63,132 bases of DNA from Octopus bimaculoides (taxonomy: Eukaryota), in NCBI RefSeq assembly GCF_001194135.2, contig NC_069001.1, positions 28,078,686-28,141,817 on the forward strand. The letters are read 5' to 3'. Each line of letters starts with the position of its first letter. The first letter of the stretch is position 1. The notes beneath the pieces were generated by a model, which did no database searches, had not been told where the DNA came from, and worked only from the letters and a program-made list of their open reading frames with translations. Below, piece by piece: positions 50,218 to 62,730 of this stretch. The position numbers and the translations under genes were made by a program.

Positions 50218-50550
50218 TTATTATTATTCAGTAGTCTAAATGTTATCATGTGCTTTCACTGCACTACCGAGCGCAGCTCTATGTGCCTTGGGTATTTGCT
50301 GTGGTTTCTTGTAGAGCTCTTATTTTCAATATACTGAAAGTGATTTCCGTAGGATGGGTGCAGTGCCTAGTAGTGCTATTTTCTGTATATTATATATACT
50401 TGTAAGTCCTGGTGTTTTGTTATGTATTTGTCTGAATGTTTTTTTTTTTATCATACCGAATGCGCCTACTATTATTGGAATTTTTTATGATTTTAGGCTC
50501 CTCATTCGAGTTACCTCTATTTCTAGATCCTTGTATTTTGAAAGTTTCTC
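50218..50550 (-). pseudogene. 5'-truncated R4/Dong-type (restriction-like endonuclease) non-LTR retrotransposon 3' end
   Basis: EKLSKYKDLEIEVTRMRSLKS*KIPIIVGAFGMIKKKHSDKYITK, a frameshift, then TPGLTSIYNIQKIALLGTAPILRKSLSV. The K..KY.DL and IP..VGA.G motifs are typical of the RLE domain. A 3' UTR and (AAT)n tail follow. Confidence 0.85.
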
Positions 50551-50636
50551 CTCTCATCTGTTAAAAAGCATTGTTTTCTTGATTATGTCTAACAACCATA
50601 TCCGACCTGTTGGCTTTAATTTTCCCTATCTGTATT

Positions 50637-50800
50637 TAGGCGATGTGCTGGCAGACTCGTTTGCACGGCGGGAAAAATGCTAGCAGCATTCCGCCCCTGT
50701 TTGTTTTGTTTTCAAATTTCACCTAGATCAACTTTTTTTTTTCGGGGTCGATAAAATAAGTAACAGTTGATCACTGGGGTGGCCCCCTTCTGTCAAAATT
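50637..50800 (+). mobile_element. SINE family A (decayed)
   Basis: aggcgatgtgctggcaga...cggggtcgataaaataag...cactggggt. Confidence 0.75.
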
Positions 50801-52065
50801 ATTATTATTATTATTGGCCAAATGTCTTCATTGGACAAGGTCACTTTCGTTTCACAAGATTCAATTTTAAACTAATTCCTTTTCTGAGAAACTGCTTCTA
50901 AAAGAGATTTATTGGATTAACTAACAGCATTACCTTCTTTCCCATAATGCAAGGATAATGAATAATTACCTTGCATTTCAGTTCAGCGGCGAACAGTGAT
51001 CGTTCATTGACCTGCAAATGAGTCCATTGGGGTAGGAAGAGCATCGACTCATCTGACTTGTTCTGAATGATTCAACATATGATTAATTAAATATTTAGTA
51101 TGTAGGTGTTTTTCAGCTATAAGCTGTCATGTTATCTTGAAGATATATTTAGTTCTGTACATTTGCATGCAATAAACCGACATATTCCGACGAATTCCGT
51201 CCGAAGCCACGCACATCTTAAGGCCGGTGGCTGAAATGATTTCCGAAGAAAATGCTTCCCATCCTAAGTACTTCTTTTTGTTTTTTTATTGAACATCATC
51301 AATTGCATTCACCAAATGAGTTGATCTTGTTTATCGATGCTCAAAATAGCCTGTTTTGTTATGAAACCTGTCATTTTAGGACGTTTAGCATTTTTTTTCA
51401 TTTTGTTTTTAATGTTTCGAATGATGCTATTGCATGCTATACTCCCCTTAGAAATTTAAATGTACTTTAAATATTAGGATCATTATAAATGAAATAACAT
51501 GTCAGAGTCATTGTTCTGTGTAGACGGTCTTTTATAACTTACGCAGTCATCAATGAGACTGGTTCTCCAGCATCAGGCTGGCGTTATCATTTTGAATTAT
51601 AGACACTATTTAAAGAAAATTTAATTAATTCAGTTTCTATTAACCAAACATTCATCATTATATATGCAAAATTTATCAGCTAAAACTTTACCAGACGTTG
51701 AATGCGTGATATTAAATGCGTGTATTTTAACATAATTTTTGTTTCGGCGTCAGCACGCTACAGAACTGGTCTTGCAGCATGAATTTCAAATAGTTTTATT
51801 AATTACACGCCTTGAAAAATATCTATGTCCTTTTATACCTCTAATATAGTAGACTTGTTCCTCGTATACCTCACTGTAATATTTATACTGATGTTCAGCA
51901 TAATTTGCTTTAAAATTACAATTATACTTTATTGTAATCGATGGATAAGTGATGCTATGAACAGATCTTGAAAATTATAGTTTTCTAAATTACATGGGTG
52001 TGAAGCAGTGTCATTGAATAATGTAATTTCGAAATTCTTACGGTTCTATATATTTAAAAAAAAAA

Positions 52066-52300
52066 CAGGAATTGTGTACATTATTTACATTTGACGGATA
52101 TTTGTCCTCATCTTGTTCGTTGTTAACACAACGTTTCGGCAGATAAACTCTCCATCCTTCATTAGGTGTCTTGGGAAAATTTCGAACGTGCGTTCTCATT
52201 CCTAAGGTATTTTTCGTTGTTGTTGCTGTTATTATTATTATTCAGGTCACTGCCTGGAATCAAACTCGGAATCTTGGGGTTAGTAGCACGCCATATGCTC
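52066..52300 (-). mobile_element. Composite element: tRNA-like head, (AAT)n linker and Penelope-pLTR-like tail
   Basis: B-box-like GAGTTTGATTCCA (52267-52255), then (aat/aac)n, then a hammerhead-like motif. The tail agatgaggac.aatatccgtcaaatgta.ataa recurs at 56177-56209 (31/33 identical), so it is a dispersed repeat. Confidence 0.65.
52125..52170 (-). ncRNA. Degenerate minimal type I hammerhead ribozyme (Penelope-type)
   Basis: Minus strand reads GACAC-CTAATGA-A-GGATG..CTGCC-GAAA-CG-TT-GTGTT. Stem I is GACAC/GTGTT, the core CUGAUGA is mutated to CUAAUGA, stem II is partly mismatched, and stem III is the palindromic ACGU. Probably inactive in this copy. Confidence 0.55.
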
Positions 52301-52540
52301 GAATAATTGTTACATATTATATTAGATAAATTCCTCTATTTAGATAATATCGAGGTCTCATTCATTCTTTTGTCATACTATTACTATTAATAACATGTAT
52401 ATATATATATATATATATGTGTGTGGTGTGTGTGTGTTTTTGCACATATATGTCTGTATACGTATATATATATACATATAGTATATGCATGCATGTGTGT
52501 ATATATATGTTTATATGTATGCATGTATGTGTATATAGAA

Positions 52541-52610
<70 letters not shown>

Positions 52611-53379
52611 GTGTTTATTTGTGTATGTAATTTACGTAATATATATGAAGTGTTCCCTGATAATGCGTTTCGGTTAACAACCAAATGCGCTTGGAACCTC
52701 CAATGCAGTGTTTCAAACATTTATAACGTTTAAATCTACGTACTAACAAATAATATAAAGTTGTCTTTACCATAGTTTCACGTATGTGTGTGTGTAATGT
52801 GAGTGTGTGTGCGTATAGTATGTATGGACATGTGCTGATCGATCGATCGATCGATAGATAGGTAAATACATAGATAGATAGAAAGAAAGATAGATATATA
52901 GATAGATAGATCAGTGTGCATAAATTTAGTCGCGCACGCACATACATATAACCTCTTATATCTGCATACATACATTAATATGTAAATGTTTGTCGGGAAG
53001 GAAGCGAAGTAGAAAACGATTGAGAAAATGAATGACAAGGAGGTGTTGATAAAGAGAGAGGGGGGGGGGCAATAAGATAGCGATAGAAGGAGTTAGCAAG
53101 AGAAAGCGTGTGAGAAAGATAGAGTAAGCCCATACATAGCTTTATATTACATTATATTATATTATATATATAGAACTCATTTTATATCAGAAGCTACACA
53201 TCAGTAAAAATCCCAACACGCTACCATTTATAATACTCCTTCGATTTGTATTTGATTAAAATCGCATTTGCTCTCACGTTGTCTGCTCAGCTTTCGTCGT
53301 CTGCAACGAATTTTATCGTCTGCCCTTTCGCACAAGCTTAGAGACCACGTTGCATTTGACTTCGTCTACTGCACACATA

Positions 53380-55900
53380 GCTTTGTTTTTGTTTAACCTT
53401 CCCATTTGATTTTGTTACCATACTATTTTCTTTTATAACAGTTATTCCAATTATATCTACATTTTCTCCATTTATTTGATTTTCAGCTGATTTCGATTTT
53501 TGTACACTTTTTTTTTTCCTTTCTGTCTCCAGTTTTATTTCTGTCTTTCATTATTTTGTTCATCTCATTCTATTTTCCTTTTCTTTTTGTGTGTGTGTGT
53601 GTTTGTGTCATTTAATGTCGTTCTTTTCTTCATTCAAGCACCAATTTATTTATTTACGTTACCTGTTTCTTCATCTCATAAGCATTTTATTTTTGGCAGC
53701 ATTATATTTTATTATCATTTTACCTTACTGGTTTATTTTCTTTCTTTCTAGATTACTTCTCCCTTTTTCATTCTTTTTCTTTCTTTCTTTATTTCTCTCT
53801 CTTTCTGTATTTATTTATTTATTTCCAGTCCTTTCTTTCTTTTTTCCTTTCTGGTTTCCCTTTTCTTACATGCTCATTTACGTTCACTTCTTCAATCGCT
53901 TAAAACAATCTTTAAATTCATTTATTTCAGCTGCCTCGAATTCTATGTATTCTCACATTCAATCTTAACATCATCTTACAATTCTATTCGTGTTTTCTTC
54001 TTTTCTTTCACCCTTCTGTCTTCCTTCGTTTACTTAATCATTTAACATTAATAATTTGTCCTTTAACCAATCAAAATTGCTCTTCGTTTTCACCCTATTT
54101 TCCTTTGTATATTTCCTTTCAATGTTCATTCATTCAACAAGTATATTCTTTCATTCACTTATTTTCTCAGTCGAAATATCTCTTTCTTGGCCTATTCTCA
54201 GTACTTCATCCATTTCTTTATTCTTTTTATCTTTACTCTCTACGTAACTGCATTATTCCTCCTTCCTGCATCTGAATAAATCGCATAAATTATTGTTCTT
54301 GAATTTCTCGTTATTTCACTCAATCACTTTCGCCTCTTCATTCACCTGGTATAAACCTATACCACAATTATCTTTCTAACCCATATTCTATTCCTTCGCA
54401 CGTTTTGTTTTATCGTAGGTTAGTTTACTGATTCCTTTATTCACTATTTCGTTTAATAGTCCAGAGTCCATTTATCTCATTGTTGAAAACAATTGTTCCC
54501 TACTAAGACTCATTCATGCGTTTATTTATTTCGTCACTCTACATAAACCGATTCCTTCCTTTTTTTGTAGGATATTTTTCATTCATTCACCATTTATAAT
54601 TATTCGTGTTAAACATTATATATTACGTTCACTCGCTCTTATAGTCTTGTACGAAGCCATGCGCTTCGTATATTTTACTTTTTCGTTATATGTGTGTTTG
54701 TGAAGCCACGTTGGTAAGTGTTGGAGCATGGTACTTACATATATAAAACATTGCTTTCAGTATCCGAATCACGTAGTGCCTTGTATTCTTGAGAAACCCA
54801 TTTCATTTAACATTGATCTTGTCTATTCGTTTTTAAACGAGTTCCAGCAGATAATAAGTTAACTGGGATTGCGCACCGGCCTACTGTTCAAGTAGAGATT
54901 TTTAGTTTTCGTCACTTATACGCCAGAGAGCAGAATATGTTGTTTTTAAGGAGTCCTAGCAATCGTGTGAGACTTAAATAAGTCTGTGTATTTCATTTAT
55001 TTATTGTTTCCAATCTTTACAACCTCATTCCCGCACTTCCTTATATAATTTATTTCGTTCTAAATGACATACACGTTGCTTTATTTAATACAAACTCATT
55101 TACTCAATCCCTTCTACATTCTCGTTTGATCTATATTACACTTACTGATATATTCTTTTTGAAATATTGTATAAGCCGATTTCCACCAAATCTGCTATAT
55201 TTTCCTTCGTTTTACAAAATATCAATTCGTTTATTCAATGGTCAATCCGCATAAAATCATTCTCTCAGTCCATCTTCGCACGATTTCATTCTATATTAGA
55301 TATTTTCGTTTATGTATTCTCCAATCTAAATCAGCTTATTTCATTACCATTCGCAAATTTAATTTTGCGGTATATGTTCATTCAGATATTTACTCTAACA
55401 TTTTTTTTATAACTTTATTCTTTCACGCCTTCTACAAAGATGTATTCACTTCATTTTCTGAGCTATTCATCTTTAAAAATCCATTCGTATAACCCACTAT
55501 ATATCTCTTACATTTTCCATTTATCATTTCATTAATTCATGTAAAAATTTTACATCTTTCTTCACTTAGTTTTTCTTCACTGCTTTTTATTTCATTTTGT
55601 TCAATCATCCGTTTACTTTTTGTCAATGAATAAATTTCTTATATACATTTAATTGTATTTCTGTTCTTCTTTCCATTCACCTGCTTTTACTTTTGTCACA
55701 TGCACCTATTTTCTCATACATGTTCAACCAGTTATGCCATTATTTATCTACTCACATGTCCTTATTTTTTTTTATCTTTTTTTTTTTGTTTCATTATTAA
55801 CTTCTTCCAAATATTTAATTCATCTCACTTCGTGTCATCAGTTTTCCTATCTTCGTTCATTCCTCTATCCCTTCAATCCTTCTGGTATCTAGTGAATCGA
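53380..55900. repeat. ~2.5-kb pyrimidine-skewed low-complexity tract
   Basis: The plus strand is very T/C-rich with recurring ttca/tcat/tttc words and no strict period. There is no long minus-strand ORF. Confidence 0.7.
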
Positions 55901-56339
55901 CGTTTCTAGTTCTTTTATACGGTACAAAATCATTCTTTTCATATTGAGTATTTCACTCTCTCGATAGTGCAACATCATCGTTAACACTCACACATACGTG
56001 TCCAACTAACGAGGACATCACACAACCCAATGACCCGCGTATTGCAATCCAAAACAGACTTTTAAAAAATGTTGCCGAATTTATTGGTTGTTGTAGTTAG
56101 TGAAAGATATGCAACGTCTAAATGAAATATCACATAACTATGAGTACATAACTGATAATACAGTTCTATATTTAAGAGATGAGGACGAATATCCGTCAAA
56201 TGTAGATAATGTAAATAATATAACTGATAATATATTTACTCATTCTTAAAAATACTTTCGACAAAATAACCACACAAATTACTTTAATGTTCATAGGAAG
56301 CACAGACTCACTTTCAAACTCATTCACATATGCACATAC

Positions 56340-56897
56340 GGGATCTTTTTTAAAACGGGGGCCACATTTTTCATTAATGTTTTACGTAGTGTTTTTGGTA
56401 CCGAAAGACTTTCAAACTTCGTATACTTATCTATTCTGTGTTATAGAACAGAAACATATTTTTGTATTCGAATTTATTTCATGTAAAAAATTGTCTTATT
56501 TCGATAATTTCAACCAATCACTGACGTCCATTCAGTCGATATACATTAAGTGCCGACTACATAAACAAACGATTCTTCGTTTTATTTGCTTTTTTCATTT
56601 TAAATTTGCTTTAACCCTAACCCTAACCCTAGGGTTAGGGTTAGGGTTAGGATTAATTGTTTCAGAATCGTTTGTTTATGTAGTCGGCACTTAATGTATA
56701 TCGGCTGAATGGACGTCAGTGATTGGTTGAAATTACAGAAATACGACAACTTTAACATGGAATAATTTATGGATTTCTTTTTTTTTTTAAAGAAGACTAA
56801 GAGAAAAAGATGTTTTATATGACACATTCTACCAGTGTTCCAAGTTTCAAAGTGTTTCGTTAATGAAAAATGTGGCCCCCGTTTTAAAAAAGATCCC
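56340..56897. mobile_element. Foldback/MITE element with 38-bp perfect TIRs, inner 72-bp inverted arms, central telomeric palindrome and 6-bp TSD
   Basis: TIR 56340-56377 is the exact reverse complement of 56860-56897. Inner arms 56505-56576 and 56664-56735 have 1 mismatch. The centre 56612-56649 is taaccctaaccctaaccct|agggttagggttagggtta. ACATAC flanks both ends. Confidence 0.92.
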
Positions 56898-57062
56898 ACA
56901 TACGCACGTACACGCACTCAGTATTCAAGCATTCCTCACACTCATAAGCATAACCATATTTGTCCACCTTATCTTGAAGGTACGCAACATAAATGTACAC
57001 GGTCTGAACGCAACGGATGCAATGACCATTTTTAACATTGTCAGCAACACACACAAACGTAG

Positions 57063-57097
<35 letters not shown>

Positions 57098-57740
57098 TAC
57101 ATAGACGCGCACATACACACAAACACGCAGACACCTATGTTCAGATAAGCGAACATACACGAACACAACATACTGGATTTTGTTTCTTCTTTCATTTTCT
57201 CATTAAAACACCATTACTTAAAACTTTGATCATATTTTTTTTTTTTTTTTTTGGTGTAGGAAAGACGCATATATATAAAAGAAAAAAAACAGCGACAACT
57301 GTCTTTTTTGAGCAAAGCAACCTAGCCAAACTGACCTTAGATAATGTCTTTTATAGAAAGGTCGACATCAGTGAAAAAATGTACCGTTTTCTTTTAACAC
57401 TTCTTAAATGTTTTTTCAGCAATATCCAGCTCTTTCATCTTACTTTCGATATCTGTATATCATTGTATTTCTCTCTGTCACCAGTTCTCTTTCATACTTT
57501 CTTTCTCTCTTGTACAGATATACATGCATGCATATATGCGTATATATCTCCGTGCCTGTGTGTGTGTGTATATGTGTGTATTTACACACAAACACGCACA
57601 TGCAAATATATATAACCCTATACACACATATATATATATACGTAAGCACACTCACATCCTATGATTGAATGCTGTGGAATTGTGATATATTAGCACAGTA
57701 AATGGATATTTAAGCGTGTGAATGTGTGTGTGTACGTTGT

Positions 57741-58109
57741 TGGCACTCCGTCGCTTATGACGTCGTGTGTTCCAGTTGATCCGATCAACGGAACAGCCTG
57801 CTCGTGAAATTAACGTGCAAGTGTACCCTTAACGTGTACCCTTAACGTAGTTCTCGAGGACATTCAGCGTGACACAGTGTGACAAGCCTGGCCTTTAGAA
57901 ATACAGGTACAACAGAAACAGGAAGAAAGAGTGAGAGAAAGTTGAGGTGAAAGAGTACAGCAGGGTTCGCCACCATCCCCTGCCGGAGCGTCGTGGAGCT
58001 TCAGGTGTTTTCGCTCAATAAACACTCACAACGCCCGGTCTGGGAATCGAAACCGCGATCCTATGACCGCGAGTCCGCTGCCCTAACCACTGGGCCATTG
58101 CGCCTCCAC
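57741..58109 (-). mobile_element. tRNA-derived SINE family D (well preserved)
   Basis: Minus head GGAGGCGCAATGGCCCAGTGGTTAGGGCAGCGGACTCGCGG...GGTTTCGATTCCC. Contains an internal 13-bp tandem duplication gtgtacccttaac. Confidence 0.92.
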
Positions 58110-58698
58110 GTGTGCGTACGTATATAGTACGTAAGTATGTATGTATGAATAACATGCATACATATATATACAGACAGGAGCACCTAAAATTATACACATA
58201 TTTTCACACGCGAACATATATTAGTATATTCATGTATGCTTGTAAATTTTGTTCCAGCTTGGTTTTTAATTGCAGAAATTTTCTTATTGATGGTGTTGAT
58301 AGTAAAATATGTCCTTCAATCATCTTTCATAACTACTTCCTTCATTTCTCATTTACACTGTTATGCCTTCATTCATCTTCTGGAATATCCATTAGGTGCC
58401 TTCATAATTTGCCCTCAAATCCGACCGATATTAGGAGCGATAAATCAACTGTCATAGGGAACGTCAAACATGAAGAGAGAATAGATGTATTTAAATATTC
58501 TGCAAACGTTACACACACACACACACACACACACACACGTATATACGCACGCACATGCGCGTGTGCACACATATGCACTCTTTCTCTAACACAAACGCAC
58601 GAGTACATATGCATACATATTTATATATATGGTATATGATTTCGTGCATATATGTGCAAGTGTGTGTGTGACGGTATGTCAATCTGTCCGTCTGCCTG

Positions 58699-58757
<59 letters not shown>

Positions 58758-58932
58758 NNNNNNNNNNNNNNNNNNNNNNNNNNNNNNNNNNNNNNNNNNN
58801 NNNNNNNNNNNNNNNNNNNNNNNNNNNNNNNNNNNNNNNNNNNNNNNNNNNNNNNNNNNNNNNNNNNNNNNNNNNNNNNNNNNNNNNNNNNNNNNNNNNN
58901 NNNNNNAAAAAAAAAAAAAAAAAAAAAAAAAA

Positions 58933-59015
58933 ATTCCAGAATGACTCGAAAGGGAATCGAAACCAGCACCTCTCAAATTCCGTCAGAGTCCTATGTACCG
59001 TTAAACTAAGAGATC
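58933..59015 (-). other. tRNA-like Pol III unit or pseudogene followed by poly-T
   Basis: A-box-like TAGTTTAACGG, B-box-like GGTTTCGATTCC, GGACTCTGA resembling a tRNA-Gln(CTG) anticodon arm, then a long T run. No convincing cloverleaf. Confidence 0.4.
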
Positions 59016-59783
59016 TCTGGCAACAGATTCCATCTTTTTTTGCCGGATATTCACCCGATGTTCTATGTTGTCTTCAGTTTTCCTGCGTTCGCGAAATTCC
59101 GTATTTACTGTGGAATACACACACCCTGGACGCTTATAAGTTTGTTTACGAAATGCTATCACAATTCAAAATTTATTTAGCATTACAAAAAAAACTGAAT
59201 GTGTTGTCGAAGGTCTTTTAGTTTAATAGCACAGAGCGCTTATGGGGGGAATTTGAAAGGTGTAGCGTCCGGTACGGTCTGAGAACTACTTTGTTTTCTT
59301 TTTTTCGTCTAGTAAGGGGTATATATCCTATTTCCTAAGTTGTCTTCACAGCTTTCTCCTTGCCTGAAATCCTTTATTTTCTGTAGAACACCGACAAACT
59401 CGGCTCTTATAAGTTTTCTAACTAAATATGCTTATATATATATATATGTCACTACTGCATTGAATGACAATGCCAGGTGTCGAAATAATCTGTCCGGCAA
59501 CTGATGATGGGAGTATATAAATGTTATAACGGTTTGTGAATATTTCATATCTTGGTATCGTTATTTTCAATTTTCGTTCATTCCTTCCCTAAACAGGAAA
59601 TCTTGTGGATTCATGGTTTGCAGGGATTTATTGAATAGACAATTGTTGTTTTTTTCTCCCTAGATAATCTTATCAATCTTGAATAACGCATAAATATTTG
59701 TGTCCAACTTTAGGGGATTCTGTCACACACACACACTCGTACCTACACATATATTTATATTTGTTATTCATATACATATATTT

Positions 59784-60120
59784 ACGTGGCCCAGTGGCTA
59801 GGGTAGCGGACTCAATTGCAAGATCGGGCATTGTGAGTCTTTATTGAGCGAAAACACCTAAAGCTCCACCAGACTCCGGGAGGGGTGGGGTGGCGAATCC
59901 TGCTGTATTCTTTCACCACAACTTTCTCTCACTCTTTCTTGCTGTTTCTGTTGTAACCGTCTTCCAACGGGCCTGCCTTGTCATGCTGAATCTCCCCGAG
60001 AACTACGTTAAGAGTATACGTGTCTGTGGAGTGCTCAGCCACGTTAATTTCAAGAGCAGACTGTTCCGATGATCGGTTCAACTAGAACCCTCGTCGTCGT
60101 AACCGACGGTGTGTCACGAT
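59784..60120 (+). mobile_element. tRNA-derived SINE family D (B-box region deleted)
   Basis: tggcccagtggctagggtagcggactc...tttattgagcgaaaacacctaaagctcca...gagaactacgttaag...cgtcgtcgtaaccgacgg. Confidence 0.9.
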
Positions 60121-60300
60121 ATATATTCATACATATATGTTTAAGTGTATATGTATATGTCATGTTCCCTACATCAGATAACATATTAATATGTGATTAC
60201 ATATTAATGTGTGAATCAGTGACGCACCCACTCAAGTTTGTGCGCAAAAATGCTTTTATTCTGGGTCTATCATGTGTATAGACATGCATTTGTTCTTTCG

Positions 60301-60334
<34 letters not shown>

Positions 60335-62078
60335 AATATTTATGCCGCTCTAATCTCTATGTTGGCACACATATAACAAGTTTTACGTTTTATGTGAACT
60401 GAACTGAGACACACTATATCAAAATGACGAAAGATATCATATATAAAAACTCACCTACATTACATATTATTTATGAGAACTGTATACATCGCATACTCAT
60501 TCACAAAAAAAAAAATATCTCAGTTAAATACATAGATAACGGATACTACTATTCGAAATGACAAATTTACTTATTTACATCAGTTTTTACAAACATAAGC
60601 ACTGCAGCGTATATTACTTACGTATTTCTTCACCTTTAAAACCATTATCAACATAGAAAACATCGTTCTGTTCACCAATCGGTATTCATTTTCATATTTG
60701 AGCATTCATAATGTCACCATACAAGATTGCTTAGGATGATTTGGCAGTAAATATTTTATGGAGAAACACGTTTTCTGTACATTTTTTTTTTTTTCTATTG
60801 AAAATGTTTTCCATATTTTTATATGCTCGTATGGGGATGTAGTATTTCCCACCAAGTGTTTTTCAGCGTAATCTCCCAAGAACTAACTGGCATTAAATAA
60901 TCAAGCTTCGCTTATCCTATTATTAGACGTCTCCGTTTCAACAAGTTGAAATTTTAAGAAGCAGCTTTCCAAAAAGAATACCATTTCATTCCACTTAAGA
61001 TTCGAAGATTATTCAGTAATGTTATTGCGCTGAAAAATATTTCAACAAAATTAACGATGGCATTGTATACGTTTGTATAATATATGCATCGCTATGTGCA
61101 TCTATGTATATGTACGTATGTATATATGAATGTATGTACACACATACAAACACACCCATACAAACACACAGATATATAAATACACACCCACTCCACACAC
61201 ACGCACGCACATATTTATTTCGAACAAATCATTAAAAGAACAATGTTAGGACGCCACTAATATGCTAAATAGAATCACATCGAGCAGACAGTAAAATAAT
61301 TCATTATCCGTCATCGCAAGCATCTGTTATACCTAATACCTACTGGATAGAACATTCATGTAATGGAGCAATTCCAGTTATTTACCTATGATCTAATTCC
61401 TCGATGTACCATTGATGTGGCGTAAGTATAATAAATAACAAATGAAGGTTGAAATTAGCTTGAATTGTTTCGGCAGTCATTGATGTAATGTAGTCATGAT
61501 GAATTAGAAAATATTACATAAATCCCCAACGCTATAAATATTTATACATTAGATGTATATGCCTATATACATCCATTCATACACACCTAGATATATACAT
61601 CCGTGTCATTGATTGAGAACTATATCTCTTGATTTATACAGTCTACAACGTTTTTCATATTGTTGCATAAATTCCTTACAGCTGTTTCTGAACCCCGAAA
61701 CATCTTAAATCTTGACTCAAGCCACTTAGATCTATTTGCTTTCATCTTAAATCTGGACAGATATTAACATTGTTACTGCCTTTTAACAATAGGATGGAGG
61801 ATGCGATTAGTTCAGAATTATACCCTTGAGCTTATATTTAGAGCTCATCATTAGAGTAAAACATTATCTTTGGGATACTTATATTTTATTTGTGACTAGT
61901 GTATTTTATACGCTGATACAACTTCTGAACGTCATCATTCTGAAATGCATTACGAAATACATCTTACCAGTTTGCGCGAAGCAGAAACATATACATATAT
62001 ATTCATGTGACGATAGCCAATCTGCACACAAATAGTAAATGTCAGAAGTAAAATCCCTTTGTATTTACATAATACGTC

Positions 62079-62730
62079 ACAACCAAAGCGGGAATTAAAG
62101 AAATCCAGAGAATAAAACAAACACTTGTCAACAATAGTTATTCTCATGTACTAATACAGTACATCGAGCAATACAACGCCATAAATATATGTGAAGCGAA
62201 ATCTATCAAAAATGCTCACTACACACATAAATTGTATTACATGAAGGAGATAAATACTAAGTTTAGAACAGTTAAACACATCATGAAAAAGAACTCGTAA
62301 AACAGATCACAAAAGGCATTGCACCAGATCATAAATTAACACTAATAATATCCTACCAAAACATTAAAATTGAAAACCTTCTCAACAGTAACGAACCGCA
62401 AGTACGTAAAACCGTGTGCAAGTTCTTAATAGTCAATGTGATTTATAAGTTCAATAGTAAACAGGGAAGATGTAAAGTGCTAGACTCCTATACTTACATT
62501 GGCCATAAAAAGTGCTACACATTCTTAACGCCTAAAGACACACTGGCAATAAGGTGCAATTTCAAAGCAGTAGAGCGCGGGGAGAATGAATATTAACTAG
62601 ATAGGAAAATATTCTCGCACAACATTTCTGAATTCTTCATTATTCTCCACAACGATAGTTGTTTAATGAAAGCAGCAATACTCCTAGTACAGAAGAACGC
62701 TAAATTAGAGACCTAGGTAGTATAAATACG
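62079..62730 (+). pseudogene. Penelope-like retroelement remnant (RT C-terminal/linker region and GIY-YIG endonuclease)
   Basis: EIQRIKQTLVNNSY...LYY..., then after a frameshift KLTLIISYQNIKIENLLNSN...VNVIYKFNSKQGRC...YIG (NVIYKF at 62435, YIG at 62495), followed in a shifted frame by RLKTHWQ*GAI. This fits the PLE GIY-YIG pattern (VVY.F.C...C...YIG.T...L..R...H...GAI). Confidence 0.7.

Noticed and set aside
56612-56649. Chromosome-fusion scar or true telomere
   Set aside because: The order is CCCTAA then TTAGGG (opposite to a fusion), there are only three units per side, and it lies inside a TIR element.
58040-58109. Functional tRNA gene
   Set aside because: It is the head of SINE-D: it continues into a shared 300-bp body, and has no acceptor-stem closure or terminator.
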